A stretch of 64,000 nucleotides of DNA from Calditrichaceae bacterium (GCA_013360445.1 JABWBP010000016.1:56404-120403); one strand, 5' to 3'; shown: positions 1 through 10,800, counted from the stretch's first letter. Translations and numbers: made by a program. Notes: generated by a model from the sequence alone, not told the origin.

Positions 1-2707
1 CCGGGGCCAGGGAGCCGGCCAGCTCATATTTTTGATACGCTTCGGCAAATTTCCCCTGGCTGAATAAAATATCGGCTGCATTTTGATTTGCTTGATAGAA
101 AAATATACTCTCCCCATCTTGTTTCACCAGGGCGTATTGCACCAGGGCGGCTTCCGGCTCGCCGTCTTCCTGGGCCATTTTGCCTAACAGCAGCAGGGAT
201 TCGTTTTGGTAGGCCTCGTCGCGGGTAAAATTGAGATAGGCCAGCAGTCGCTGGCGCGCGGAACGGTATTCTTTTTTCTGGTAGTAAGCCTTCCCGGCGT
301 AGAAATAAAACGGGGCCGGGGGCGCGGCTAAGTAGCGGCGAATGACGGGGTCCGCGGGCGACTTGTAGCCGTTGATCTTCGGCTCCAGGTAAGCCAGCGC
401 TTTGGTATGCTCCCCGCTGCGAATATAGTAATCACTGATCTGCTCCCGGGCCGGTTCCGCTTCATCGGCATAGTTGAACAGATCCACCAGCCGCTCCAAA
501 AATTTGGCTGCGGTGGGGAAATCGCCCGCCGCGGCATAGTAGCCGGCTAATTTTTGATAGGCCCGGGCCTGGTAAGGATGGCGGGTGTATTCTAAGAGAA
601 AGTCCTTCAGGGTTTGGATCGCCTCGCCTTCATTTCCCCCGGCGGCGAGAAGCTCCGCTTTCTTCCAAAACGCTTTTCCGGCGGCGAAATAATCTTTTCG
701 AGCGGTAATCACCCGGTCGAGGTAAATGAGCGCCTGATCGGGATTGCCGGAGGCCGCCAAAATCTCCGCCAGTTGAAGCTGCACCCGGGGCAGCAGGGCG
801 GAGCGGGGATAGGCATCCTCGAAGCGCTGCCAGAACGCTAACAGCTTATCCGGCGGGGTGGCTTCCGCAGGAGCGGTCAGGCTCAGAAAGCGGTAAGTGA
901 GGGTGTCCGGATTCGGAGCATAGCGAATCGCGCCCATGGCCTGTTTGAAGGTTTCCTCCGCTTTGAGGGCGTAATTTTCATCCGGCAGCCGCAAAAAGCG
1001 CCGGTGCTCCGCCAATTTCAGATAACTCTCGCCTAAGTAGTACAGCCCTTCTCCCATGGCCGCGGAATCCCCACTCGATTCACTGACATAGTGTTCGAAA
1101 ATTTTCGCGGCCTCTTCATAATCTTTCAAATCGCTGAGATAAAGCTTGCCCAATTCGAACATCAGGGAGCGGCGCTCTACCCCGGTGAGCATCTTGCCCA
1201 GCAATTTGGCCAGCTCGGTGACGCCGGTTTGCTGCCCGGCCTGGTAATATGTCGCAATAAATTCGATAAAGGCATTGCTGGAATCCCAGGCCGCGGAACA
1301 GACATACTCATCGCTGACTTGCTGGAAAAACGGCAGACTGCGATCATACTGGCCTTCCCGGAAAAACGCCCTGCCGGTCTGGTAAAGCAAATCATCGCGA
1401 TAGGCAGAGTTGGGATAAGCCCCGCGGAAGCGCTGAAGCTCATCCACCGCGGGCAGCAGGGATTTTTGCCGCAGCGCCAGCTCCACCAAACGTTTGTGAA
1501 GCTGCTCCAGACCGGGATCATTGGGGTTGAGGGCGGCAAACTGGTTGAGATAATTGCGCGCCTGCTGAAAATTTCCCAGGGTGAACTGCAAATCGGCGAG
1601 GTTGTACAGCGCCGCGCTTTGGAATTCTCCTCCCTGCCCGGTTTCCTCGATGGTTTTCAGCACGGTCTTGAAGCCGTTTTCCGCGGCGTTGAACTGCTTT
1701 TCTTCCAGGTCGCAGCAGGCGGCGTAAAATTGCACTTTGAGGGGCAGCTCGCCGGGCGCGCTCGAGGGTATTTCCTGAAGCGTTTTGCGGGCGTTGAAGT
1801 AATCTCCCTTCAGGAAAAATGTTTGCGCTTGCAGAAGTTTCAGGTGATTTTTCGGCTCCGCAGCAGTGTAAGCGGCGGACTCCTTGCGCAACAGGGCGAT
1901 GGCGGTATCCCACTCCCGGCTTTCCTGGTAGATTTGGGCGAGCATGGCCAGCGCCTGGTAAGCGGGATCGCTGCCGGGGTTGGCCTTGATGATCTCTTGC
2001 AGGGCGGAAACCGCGCGGGTATTCAATCCCAATTTGCGGTACACCGTGGCCTCGCCTAATTTCGCCTCCGCCCGGAAGGCTTTGTTATCGGTCAGCTCGT
2101 ATACTTTCTGGAATTGCTGGCCGGCGCGCTCCAGCTCCTGCATTTGCAGCAGCACTTTACCGTAAACGATCCGTCCCCGGGGATACTCGGAGGATTCCAC
2201 GTAGCGATCCAGGAATTCTTTGGTGATCTGCTCCGCGCGGCTAAGCTGGCGGACCTCCATATAGCATTCCGCGGCCTTCAGGAGCGCGCCGGGGGCCAGG
2301 GCGTTAGCGGGATAGAGGATTTTTACGGTTTCGTAAGCCTTCGCGGCCTCCTCGATTTTGTTGAGCTTGTGGTAGCAATCTCCCACCATCAGCCAGGCCT
2401 GGGGGGCGCGGCTGTGCTCCGGGAAGCTCACCGCCAGCCCCTGGAACTCGATCCGGGCGTTCTCCACATCGTTGAGCTTGTAAAGCGCGTCGCCGTAGTA
2501 GTAGCGGGCGTCCGCCAACCGCTCGCTGCCGGGATAGCGGTTGAGGAACAGCGAAAACTGCTGCGCCGCGATGTCGAAGAAGCCCTCGTTGTAGAGCTTC
2601 AGGGCGTAGGAGAAGTCATTGCTTTCATTGTATTGCTGGGAAAATGCGCTGCCGAAGAGCAGGCAGAGGGTAAAAATCAGGAATGTCTTTTTACAGTGTC
2701 TTTTCAT
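1..2707 (-). CDS. TPR repeat-containing secreted protein (partial; C-terminus runs past window start)
   Basis: Minus-strand translation from the ATG at 2705-2707 gives MKRHCKKTFLIFTLCLLFGSAFSQ (signal peptide), then about 880 aa of TPR-like helical repeats (e.g. YYYGDALYKLNDVENA, LYYLGESYLKLAEH). There is no in-frame stop before position 1, so it is missing from the supplied ORF track. Plus-strand ORFs 1091-2059 and 2114-2854 are its antisense shadow. Confidence 0.75.
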   Translation of the reverse strand, partial: MKRHCKKTFLIFTLCLLFGSAFSQQYNESNDFSYALKLYNEGFFDIAAQQFSLFLNRYPGSERLADARYYYGDALYKLNDVENARIEFQGLAVSFPEHSRAPQAWLMVGDCYHKLNKIEEAAKAYETVKILYPANALAPGALLKAAECYMEVRQLSRAEQITKEFLDRYVESSEYPRGRIVYGKVLLQMQELERAGQQFQKVYELTDNKAFRAEAKLGEATVYRKLGLNTRAVSALQEIIKANPGSDPAYQALAMLAQIYQESREWDTAIALLRKESAAYTAAEPKNHLKLLQAQTFFLKGDYFNARKTLQEIPSSAPGELPLKVQFYAACCDLEEKQFNAAENGFKTVLKTIEETGQGGEFQSAALYNLADLQFTLGNFQQARNYLNQFAALNPNDPGLEQLHKRLVELALRQKSLLPAVDELQRFRGAYPNSAYRDDLLYQTGRAFFREGQYDRSLPFFQQVSDEYVCSAAWDSSNAFIEFIATYYQAGQQTGVTELAKLLGKMLTGVERRSLMFELGKLYLSDLKDYEEAAKIFEHYVSESSGDSAAMGEGLYYLGESYLKLAEHRRFLRLPDENYALKAEETFKQAMGAIRYAPNPDTLTYRFLSLTAPAEATPPDKLLAFWQRFEDAYPRSALLPRVQLQLAEILAASGNPDQALIYLDRVITARKDYFAAGKAFWKKAELLAAGGNEGEAIQTLKDFLLEYTRHPYQARAYQKLAGYYAAAGDFPTAAKFLERLVDLFNYADEAEPAREQISDYYIRSGEHTKALAYLEPKINGYKSPADPVIRRYLAAPPAPFYFYAGKAYYQKKEYRSARQRLLAYLNFTRDEAYQNESLLLLGKMAQEDGEPEAALVQYALVKQDGESIFFYQANQNAADILFSQGKFAEAYQKYELAGSLAP

Positions 2708-2888
2708 AATTCTGTTCCTTCAAGTTCCACAGAGTATGTGGCAATTAATAAAAGTTTTCCAGGGGGATCAGCGGTTGAGCAGATAGTTTTCAGCCATATA
2801 CCGGGGGGCGATTTGGCGTTCTCGGGACAGGTAGATGGCGACCGGGATTCCTAATAATTCCGCCGATTTTCGAGGTTATGCGGCAACC

Positions 2889-3956
2889 CTACGGTTCGGA
2901 TTTGAGATAATTGAGGATTTCCGCGCTGCTCTCGGCGGTAAGGACCATTTTCAAGGCCGCGTTCAATTTTTCGATGTCGGAAATCGAGCGGATAAGGGCT
3001 TTCCCGTCTTCATTCAACCCGAACCGGGCAATTAGAAGCATGATCAATACATCCTGTTTATCCAATATGTAACCTTCTTCACGTCCCTTTTCGATTCCCT
3101 TTTCGATTCCCTTTTCGATTCCCTTTTCGATTCCTTTCTCGATTCCTTTTTTGATTCCTTCCTCTACCCCTTCTTTTCTCCAACGCTGGGCTAAAGTGGG
3201 CATAATATCTTCTCCTTCAATTTCACTCTCTTCCAGGATTTTGACTAACTGCTTCGGGGGAATGTCCCGCGTCTCCGCAATGTAAATCAGCAAAAAGTTA
3301 ACCTGATCTTTTTGCTCGATCAAGCCCATTTTGTTCCATAACCGCACCACCTGCCGGATGGTCTCTAAATCCTTGCGGTAAGCGCCTTTCATCAACAACA
3401 TGGCCGAGAGCAGGAATACGTTCTCTTTTAGAGGGCGGCTGCTTTCTGCCTGCCAATCCCAACGGTTGGCGTCGAAGAAGAGGTATTCAAAATTGAGCAG
3501 GAAGCGCCGCAACTCTTTGCCAACCTCGAACTGTTCCACAAATTGGGTGGGCAGTTTCCAGCGGCCTTTGCCGTGATAAAAGACCAGCGGAATAATCGCC
3601 CGGAGCGGTTTTCCTTCCGCGCTGTCTTTCTGCCACATCAAATACATGTAGCGCAGCAGTTGCATGAAGATCCTTTTATCCGGGTAGGATTTGTGCTCGA
3701 AGAGCAGATAGACGTCCAGCGGATTCTGCCGCCCTTTGGCAGCGCATTTTACCACCACATCGGACAGGGAGGCTTTGTATTCCTCCGAAACGTAGGAAGT
3801 GGTATCCAACTCCAGGGCGCCAAGATCCAGTTGCCAGCGCATTTCTTCCGGCAGGGCGATTTCTAAGAAAGTTTTCACGTTGGCGACGTCGGAGAAAACC
3901 TTCTTGAAAAAATTGTCGTGGACGTTTTCGATCTTGGCCATGGTCGGCTCGCTCAA
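2889..3956 (-). CDS. Rpn family recombination-promoting nuclease / putative transposase (YhgA-like, PD-(D/E)XK)
   Basis: 355 aa. Length and N-terminal block (DNFFKKVFSD, LLFEHKSYPD) resemble the YhgA/Rpn family. The C-terminal region carries the (GIEKG)x6 repeat often seen in this family. Confidence 0.65.
   Translation of the reverse strand: MSEPTMAKIENVHDNFFKKVFSDVANVKTFLEIALPEEMRWQLDLGALELDTTSYVSEEYKASLSDVVVKCAAKGRQNPLDVYLLFEHKSYPDKRIFMQLLRYMYLMWQKDSAEGKPLRAIIPLVFYHGKGRWKLPTQFVEQFEVGKELRRFLLNFEYLFFDANRWDWQAESSRPLKENVFLLSAMLLMKGAYRKDLETIRQVVRLWNKMGLIEQKDQVNFLLIYIAETRDIPPKQLVKILEESEIEGEDIMPTLAQRWRKEGVEEGIKKGIEKGIEKGIEKGIEKGIEKGREEGYILDKQDVLIMLLIARFGLNEDGKALIRSISDIEKLNAALKMVLTAESSAEILNYLKSEP
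3085..3174. repeat. 15-bp tandem repeat (cccttttcgattcc-type) x6 inside the Rpn gene, encoding GIEKG x6
   Basis: Near-perfect tandem copies are visible directly in the sequence. Confidence 0.9.
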
Positions 3957-3982
3957 TCAACAAAACGATTACAGAATCATAA

Positions 3983-6220
3983 TTATTCCACCACCCGCAA
4001 ATTGGCATATTCGGCGATCAATTTTTTCAATCCCCTGCTCTTGAAGAACACCGAGAGCCTGGTACCGGCGCTGCCACGCTCCACTCCTAAGATTTGCCCT
4101 CGCCCGAATTCTTCGTGGATTACCCAGTCGCCGATTTTGTAATCGGGATGATCCAGCATTTCCGAGGCATACGCGGATACTTCCCGGGGCGACTCCTGGA
4201 AACGAATGCGCTGCTGGCGGGATTTTCGGTGGTGGGAACCGAAATTATCATAGGTCTCTTCGTTTTTGTACTCTTCCGGGATTTCTTCTAAAAATTTGGA
4301 AGAAGTGTTGATGAACGATGCGCCGTAATCGTTTCCGCTGAAGCGCCGCCGCTGCCGCGCCCATACCAGGTAGAGGCGGTCCTTGGCCCGGGTCATGCCC
4401 ACGTAAAAAAGCCGGCGCTCCTCTTCTAAGTCATCCGGGTTGCCGAAGGTGCGGGAGAGCGGGAATAACCCCTGTTCCAGCCCGCAAATAATCACCACCG
4501 GGAATTCCAGCCCCTTGGCGCTGTGCAGGGTCATTAGGGTGACCGCGGAAAAGCTGGGGTCCCAACGGTCCACGTCGGTGAGCAGGGAAACATCCTCTAA
4601 ATATTTTTCCAGGGTCGCCTCCCCGGGAAATTCCCCGGCTGCCGCGCCCCGCGTTTCGGTAAAGCTGGCGATGCTGTTCAGCAACTCATTGATGTTTTCT
4701 AACCGCGCTTCATCATCCGGCAGGCCGCTAAGCTCGTAGGGGCTTCTCAAAGCAAAGGTTTTCAGCACCCCGGCGGCGATTTCAAAGGCGCTGGCTGTGC
4801 TCGACTGCCTGCGGAAATCTTCCAGGGTATTCACGAAAGAACGAATTTTATCCTTGATTCCGGCGGATAAATCGTCGATTGCCGAGACATTCATCAACGC
4901 CTGGTACAGCCCGGTTTGCTGCTCCGCGGCGTACTGCTCCAATTTTTGCTGGGTAGCCATCCCAATGCCCCGGGCGGGGTAATTGATGATCCGCCGCAGC
5001 GCCACGGCGTCGCGAGGGTTGACGATCACCCGCAGGTAGGCCAGCACGTCTTTGATCTCCTTGCGCTCGTAAAAGCGCGTGCCGCCGACAATGACGTAGG
5101 GAATATTGGCCCGGCGCAGCTTGTCTTCTAAGGCGCGCGACTGGGCGTTGGTGCGGTAGAGCAGCGCAATGTCATTATAGGAAAGCTGATTCTTCGCCAT
5201 CTCGCTGCGGATGATATTGGCCGCTTCTAACCCTTCCCCGCCCTCGTCGGCGGCGCCGACCACGCGGATTTTTTCCCCCCCGCTTTTAAGGCTCCAGAGG
5301 TTTTTGCCCAACCGCTTCTGGTTATTGCTGACCACGGAGTTGGCCGCGCTCAGGATAACCTGGGTGGAGCGGTAGTTTTGTTCCAGCCGCACGACTTCGC
5401 AATCCGGATAATCTTTTTCAAAGCTGAGGATATTTTCGATATCCGCACCGCGCCAGCGGTAGATGCTCTGATCCTCATCGCCGACCACGCAGATGTTGCG
5501 GTGTTTCCCGGAGAGCTGCCGCACCAGGTAATACTGCGCTTTGTTGGTGTCCTGGTATTCGTCCACCAGGATATATTTGAATTTGGATTGGTATTTTTCC
5601 AGGATGGCCGGTTCTTTGGTGAACAAATCCAGGGGTTTGATCAGCAGGTCGTCGAAATCGAAAGCGTTATTGCGGCGCAGGGCGGTTTCGTATTCCCAAT
5701 AAATTTTGGCGATCTGCCGCTCCGCCAGGGTGCCGGCGCGGCGTTCGTATTGCTCCGGCCCGAACATTTTATTCTTACAGTCGCTGATGGCGTACTGCGC
5801 CTGGCGGGGTTTGAGGATGCTCTGGTTGATATTCAACCCCTCCATCACCTGCTGGATCTGGCGCAACTGGTCGTCCTGGTCATAAATTGTGAAATTGCTG
5901 TCGTAGCCTAAGTGCGCCCCCTCGATGCGCAGGATTCGAGCGCACACAGAATGAAAGGTGCCGATCCACATCCCCTCGATGGGAAATTGGAGCAGATTTT
6001 CCACCCGGCGCTTCATCTCATTCGCGGCCTTGTTGGTGAAAGTCACCGCTAAAATTTCGTACGGGCGCACGATGCGCTGCTCCAACAGATAACCGATCCG
6101 GTAGGTAAGCACCCGGGTTTTACCGCTGCCTGCCCCGGCCAGGATCAGCAAGGGACCGTTGATATGTTCCACCGCGCTGCGCTGCGCGGGATTGAGATCG
6201 TATAGGAGTTTAGAAGGCAT
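3983..6220 (-). CDS. uvrD: ATP-dependent DNA helicase UvrD/PcrA family
   Basis: Walker A (AGAGSGKTRVLTYRIGYLL). Helicase motifs (ILAVTFTNKAANEMKRR, DEYQDTN, VGDEDQSIYRWRGA, QNYRST). C-terminal UvrD tudor-like tail. Start placed at the internal MPSKLLYDLNPAQRSAV rather than the ORF-track start at 6328. Confidence 0.9.
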   Translation of the reverse strand: MPSKLLYDLNPAQRSAVEHINGPLLILAGAGSGKTRVLTYRIGYLLEQRIVRPYEILAVTFTNKAANEMKRRVENLLQFPIEGMWIGTFHSVCARILRIEGAHLGYDSNFTIYDQDDQLRQIQQVMEGLNINQSILKPRQAQYAISDCKNKMFGPEQYERRAGTLAERQIAKIYWEYETALRRNNAFDFDDLLIKPLDLFTKEPAILEKYQSKFKYILVDEYQDTNKAQYYLVRQLSGKHRNICVVGDEDQSIYRWRGADIENILSFEKDYPDCEVVRLEQNYRSTQVILSAANSVVSNNQKRLGKNLWSLKSGGEKIRVVGAADEGGEGLEAANIIRSEMAKNQLSYNDIALLYRTNAQSRALEDKLRRANIPYVIVGGTRFYERKEIKDVLAYLRVIVNPRDAVALRRIINYPARGIGMATQQKLEQYAAEQQTGLYQALMNVSAIDDLSAGIKDKIRSFVNTLEDFRRQSSTASAFEIAAGVLKTFALRSPYELSGLPDDEARLENINELLNSIASFTETRGAAAGEFPGEATLEKYLEDVSLLTDVDRWDPSFSAVTLMTLHSAKGLEFPVVIICGLEQGLFPLSRTFGNPDDLEEERRLFYVGMTRAKDRLYLVWARQRRRFSGNDYGASFINTSSKFLEEIPEEYKNEETYDNFGSHHRKSRQQRIRFQESPREVSAYASEMLDHPDYKIGDWVIHEEFGRGQILGVERGSAGTRLSVFFKSRGLKKLIAEYANLRVVE

Positions 6221-6254
6221 TCCTTTTGCCGGGTATAGCGATTGTTTTTTTTGA

Positions 6255-6328
6255 CAGCCGGTGATTCCGGATACCGGATACCTTCTTTTCCTGGTCCCTG
6301 GCATCCGGAATCCGGTATCTGGTATCAT
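6255..6328. repeat. Imperfect inverted repeat (TCCGGATACCGG / CCGGAATCCGGTATC) in the 5' leader of uvrD
   Basis: Seen in sequence at 6264-6282 and 6301-6326. Possible regulatory hairpin. Confidence 0.25.
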
Positions 6329-6391
6329 TATTTAAAAACCGCGCCCAATTTATCGACAAAACCCGGCTAATGAAAGACGAAATGTAACTAT

Positions 6392-6465
6392 CCCCTATTT
6401 CTCATCCGGGGAGTTACCCACCCCTTAATCCCCTCCCGGGAGGGGAAATAGGGGTGGGTAACTCC
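6392..6465. terminator. Complex nested GC-rich palindrome between the BNR-lipoprotein gene and uvrD
   Basis: GGAGTTACCCACCCC (6410-6424) pairs with GGGGTGGGTAACTCC (6451-6465). Inner perfect palindrome CCCCTCCCGGGAGGGG (6430-6445). Outer CCCCTATTTC/GAAATAGGGG arms. It spans the stop codon of the 6425-7465 gene, so it is a candidate intrinsic terminator or attenuator. No clear U-tract. Confidence 0.35.
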
Positions 6466-7465
6466 CAGTCGGGTTGATCGTGGGATTGAAGGTGTAATAC
6501 ACAAACCCGCTGTCGCTTCCGGCGAATAGCCTTTCATCGCGGTCCAACGCCAGGCAACGGACGATTTTGGAGGTCAGGTTAGCATTTTTCTCCTCCCAGT
6601 TCACCCCGTGGGTGGTAGAGCGATACACCCCGTCCCCGTGCCCGCAGGCGAACAGGAAATTATCGGAATTGGCGGCGACGTCGTACACCACAGTGGGATG
6701 AAAACCGTTTGCCGGGAGCGCCCAACTCCAGGTGGTTGCGAGATTCGTCGAATAGTATAACCCCGCTCCTAAGGTTCCGGCAAAGATCCGACCCTCTCCG
6801 TCAACCGCCAGCGTCAGAATAACGCCGATGGGCAGCCCGGTCTGCGACCAGCTATCTCCGTTATCGGTGGAACGGAAAACGCCCTTTAAACTGCCCCCGG
6901 CGTAAATTTCCCCGGAAGTTCCAAAAGCCAGGGAGAGCACCAGGGAGTCGCCCAGCCCATTGTTGGCCGGGGTCCAGGTAGCGGCCTGGTCGGTGGAGCG
7001 GTATAATCCCCCGGAGGTGGCGGCGAAAATATGCCCCGCGGCGTTGAGCGCAATCGTCCAGACGCTGCGATTTACCGGGCCGACGTTAACCCAGTTATCG
7101 CTGCCCGCGGGGGTGCGGAAGAGGCCGCTCCCGTCGAGGCCGGCGTACACCCGGTCATTAGCGTCAACTGAAAGGGCATAAACGGCGTTCCCCGGCAAAC
7201 CGGCGGTAAAGGGCGCCCAGTTCTGCCCTTTATCGGGGGATTTATACACCCCGCTGTCCGTCCCTGCAAACAGGCTCCCGGCGGAATCGAACGCCAGGCA
7301 GAGCACCGCCCCGGCATTGGGTCCCGCGGTTTTGACCCATTCGAGGTCTTGGGGCGCGGGAGGGTCGCTGCTAACCGGGTCTTTTTCCCGGGAGCAACCG
7401 CTCAGCCAGGCGATTCCCACCCCAATTACAATAATGGCTCCATACTTCGAGAATTGCCGCATCAT
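6425..7465 (-). CDS. BNR/Asp-box repeat lipoprotein (Ycf48-like beta-propeller)
   Basis: Signal peptide plus lipobox (IAWLSGCS). Repeated S-x-D-x-G-x-(S/T)-W motifs (YKSPDKGQNW, YRSTDQAATW, FRSTDNGDSW, YRSTTHGVNW). Confidence 0.7.
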   Translation of the reverse strand: MMRQFSKYGAIIVIGVGIAWLSGCSREKDPVSSDPPAPQDLEWVKTAGPNAGAVLCLAFDSAGSLFAGTDSGVYKSPDKGQNWAPFTAGLPGNAVYALSVDANDRVYAGLDGSGLFRTPAGSDNWVNVGPVNRSVWTIALNAAGHIFAATSGGLYRSTDQAATWTPANNGLGDSLVLSLAFGTSGEIYAGGSLKGVFRSTDNGDSWSQTGLPIGVILTLAVDGEGRIFAGTLGAGLYYSTNLATTWSWALPANGFHPTVVYDVAANSDNFLFACGHGDGVYRSTTHGVNWEEKNANLTSKIVRCLALDRDERLFAGSDSGFVYYTFNPTINPTGSYPPLFPLPGGD

Positions 7466-7537
7466 GCTTCCTCCTAACAGGTTTTGTATCTATTCAGGCT
7501 GGTTGCTTAGCGTAAGAAGAATAAGGGCAAAATAGGG

Positions 7538-7590
7538 ATGACTATGCCATGGGCTGAATAGTAAGGGCTTTCGCCCTTTTTATTGTACCA
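7538..7590. repeat. Fragment resembling the right arm of the MITE-like element at 12829-12950, followed by a small hairpin with T-run
   Basis: ATGAC...TGGGCTGAATAGTAAGGGC matches ATATGACCTCTGTGGCTGAATAGTAACCCG at 12924-12953. Followed by AGGGCTTTCGCCCTTTTTATT. Confidence 0.3.
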
Positions 7591-7804
7591 CTGAACGCTA
7601 ATGTGTTTCAATAACTCTGTGCGCTCAGTCGGGTACATTATTTTTTTCTGGCTCCCTAACCACCAGGCATTTAATACCTTCAAAAATTCTCCGCCATTTC
7701 TCACTCCCCATTTGAATTTCTTTCCGTTATATTACCACCGTTCATCGAATGCGCTGTATCGACCACGATGAGTTGCCGTTTCAATCATACCGGGTTGCGC
7801 TTGT

Positions 7805-10800
7805 ATGAGTCTTAACGAACGATTATCAAATAAAAAAGTACCGGCCGGCCGGGTTTTACACAAGCCATTTTTTACTTGCTGCGCAAAGGGAGATGGTTTG
7901 GTGTTTAAACCAGCAGCGGCGATCATATTGGCCGGCCTTCTATGGGGGTATGCCGCCGGCTTGCTGGCCCAGGAAATCAAATTCGAGCGCATCTCCTTTG
8001 AGCAGGGGCTGTTCCAGAGCAATATTTCCACGATTTACCAGGATCAGCGCGGGCTGCTGTGGATCGGCACTTCCGACGGATTGAATAAATATGACGGCTA
8101 CCGCTTCAGCACCTACCGTTTCGACCCCCTGGATTCCACTTCCATCTCCGGGAACTATATTTACTCTATCTATGAAGACCGGCTGGGTTATTTGTGGGTA
8201 GTCGCCAGCGGCGGGGGAATCAACTGTTTTGACCCGGCCACGGAAAAATTTAGCCATTACCGCAACGATCCCCAGTCTCGCGATTGCCTGAGCGATGACA
8301 ACGTTACCGCGGTTTTAGAGGACAGCCGGGGCAATTTCTGGATCGGAACGGCCGGCGGGGGACTGAACCTCTTCGACCGCGCAAAGGAGCGCTTTTTCCA
8401 CTATCGCCCCTCGCCCGCGGATCCATTCAGCCTCAGCAGCAACGTCATCCGGGTGCTGCACGAGGACCAGCAGGGGAATTTGTGGATCGGCGCCGAGGGC
8501 GGGGGACTCAACAAAACCGCCTTGCCGGCCGCCCCGCTGCTGAATAACGCAAAAGGCGCTTCTTCGAACTCTCTCGAATCCCCCGGCGAGCCTCCGCGAT
8601 TACGCTTCGAGCGCTTTTATGCCCGCAACCCCACCTATATCCCGGAAATATTTACTTCGCTGGATTCCCTGGCGAGCCGCAATCGCCGCCTGGCCTCGAT
8701 TCTGCATTTGCAGAATTTTGAAGACGAGACGGAATATTTTGAGATCAAACGCCCCGCTTACCTGTTGGCGGTGGCCGTGGGAGAGGGCAACGCTTACGGA
8801 ATGAGCGATTACGGCTGGATCGAAAAAATTCGCCCCAACCAGGTCGTCTGGAAAATGAATTACGAAAAATCCGTGCACGCCGGCGGGGCGGCGCGCAACC
8901 GCATCGAAATGCGGGTTCTCTACCTCGAACCCGGCCAGTACAAGCTGCGCTACCGCTCCGATGAGCAGCACTCCTTCCGGCAGTGGATCACCGAGCCGCC
9001 GGAGCGCCCGGATTTGTGGGGGATTCAATTGTTCCTGCTCTCCGGGCAAGAGGCGAGGAGTTTCGCCCGCAAATTGCGGCAAAAGAGCAATCCGAATTCC
9101 CTCCCCCACAACTGGATTACCGCCATTCACGAGGATGGCGAAGGCAATCTGTGGATCGGCACCGCGGACGGATTAGCCCGCCTGCGCCAGGAGGCGACCG
9201 CCAAACCGGGAGATTTTACGGTTTACAAACATGATTCCCGGGATCCCAACACTTTGAACCACAGCTACATCGTATCGATCTACCCCGGAAGCGGCGAGGC
9301 GCTTTGGATTATCACATACGCAAACGGGCTGAATCGCCTGGATCCCCGAACCGGGCGGGTGATCCGCTACCGCCCGGAAGATTATAACCCCGCCGGCGGG
9401 AGCGACCCCGCTTCCGGGAAAATCAACGCCGTGCTGGAGGATCGCAACCACAACCTCTGGATCGGGACGGCGGAGGGAGGGTTGAGTTGCCGGTATTACG
9501 AACCCGATCACCCGGAACCCGCCGAAACCGGGGCCGCCCGCCAGGGTTCTTCCAAACCGCCGAATGCGTTTATTTCCTACCGGAATGATCCGCTCAATCC
9601 GCAAAGTTTGAGCGATAACCTGGTTACGGCGATTTTCGAGGACCGCTCCGGGATTATCTGGGTAGGAACCGGGCGGGGAGGGCTGAATAAAATCAACCAG
9701 CGAAATCAAAACTTTCGCCATTATACCCATATTCCCGGCAACCCGCAAAGCCTGAGCGACAAGGTGGTAACGGCCATCATGGAAGATGATTCCGCGAGCC
9801 TGTGGGTGGGAACCGCCGGGGGAGGGCTGAACAAGCTGCGGAGCGACCCGCGCAGCCCCTCCCTTTATCAATACACGCATTTCCGGCACCATGCGGCTCG
9901 TCCTTACAGCTTGAGCAACGACGCGGTTACCGCCCTGTACCAGGATCAATCCGGGAACGTATGGGTGGGCACTGACGGCGGGGGGCTTAACCTGTTCGAC
10001 CGCCGAAGCGGGCGGTTCAAGCACTATCGTTATGATCCCCATTCGGCCAACAGCATCAGCGGGAACCGCATCAACTCCATTACTGAGGATCAATACGGGC
10101 AGTTGTGGATCGGAACCAACACCGGCTTGAATAAATTCGACCGCTTCACCGAGAAATTTACCCAGTACCGCCACGACGCCAACAACCCTCACAGCCTTAG
10201 CCACAACGAAGTATGGGCCATTTATGAGGATTCTTACAGCCAGGGCCGAACCCTGTGGATCGGAACCCGCGCCGGGGGGCTGAATAAATTCGATCGCAAG
10301 AACGAGCAGTTTATCCGTTACATGCGGGAATTCGATAACCCCCATAGTTTGAACAACCCGGCGATCCTTTCGATTTACCAGGATAGAGCCGGCAATCTCT
10401 GGTTCGGCACTTACGGCGGGGGTTTGAACCAGTTCAACCGCGAAACGGAGCAGTTCACCTTCTTCTCCGAGCGCGACGGGCTGGCCAATAATATGATTTT
10501 CGGCATCCTGGAAGACCGCCAGGGCAATTTATGGCTGAGCACCAATAAAGGGCTGTCCAAACTGATCCTGGGAGGCGGCGAATTCAACTCCCCCGGAATC
10601 ACTTTCAAGAATTATGACGTGTACGACGGCCTGCAAGGCAATGAATTCAATCCCAGCGCTTATTGCCTGCGCCGCAGCGGGGAAATGCTCTTCGGCGGGG
10701 TGAACGGTATGACCGCCTTCTTCCCGGACAGCATTAAAGATAATTTTCATATTCCCCCGGTCATTCTCACCTCCATGACCATCTTCGACCAGCCGCGCGT

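Noticed and set aside
1091-2854. Long plus-strand ORFs (1091-2059, 2114-2854) and other plus-strand ORFs in 328-2165
   Set aside because: They are antisense to the long minus-strand TPR gene. The products are low-complexity (Gly/Leu/Ala-rich) without domain-like patterns. The TPR gene has a signal peptide and canonical repeats and explains the region.
2889-3956. Rpn/YhgA-like gene as part of an insertion sequence
   Set aside because: No terminal inverted repeats or target duplications flank the gene. Rpn-family genes are usually stand-alone nucleases, so it is called a CDS only.
6221-6328. N-terminal extension of uvrD (MIPDTGFRMPGTRKRRYPVSGITGCQKKQSLYPAKG)
   Set aside because: The extension covers the inverted-repeat leader and lacks helicase N-terminal conservation. 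The internal MPSKLLYDLNPAQRSAV matches the canonical UvrD/PcrA start.
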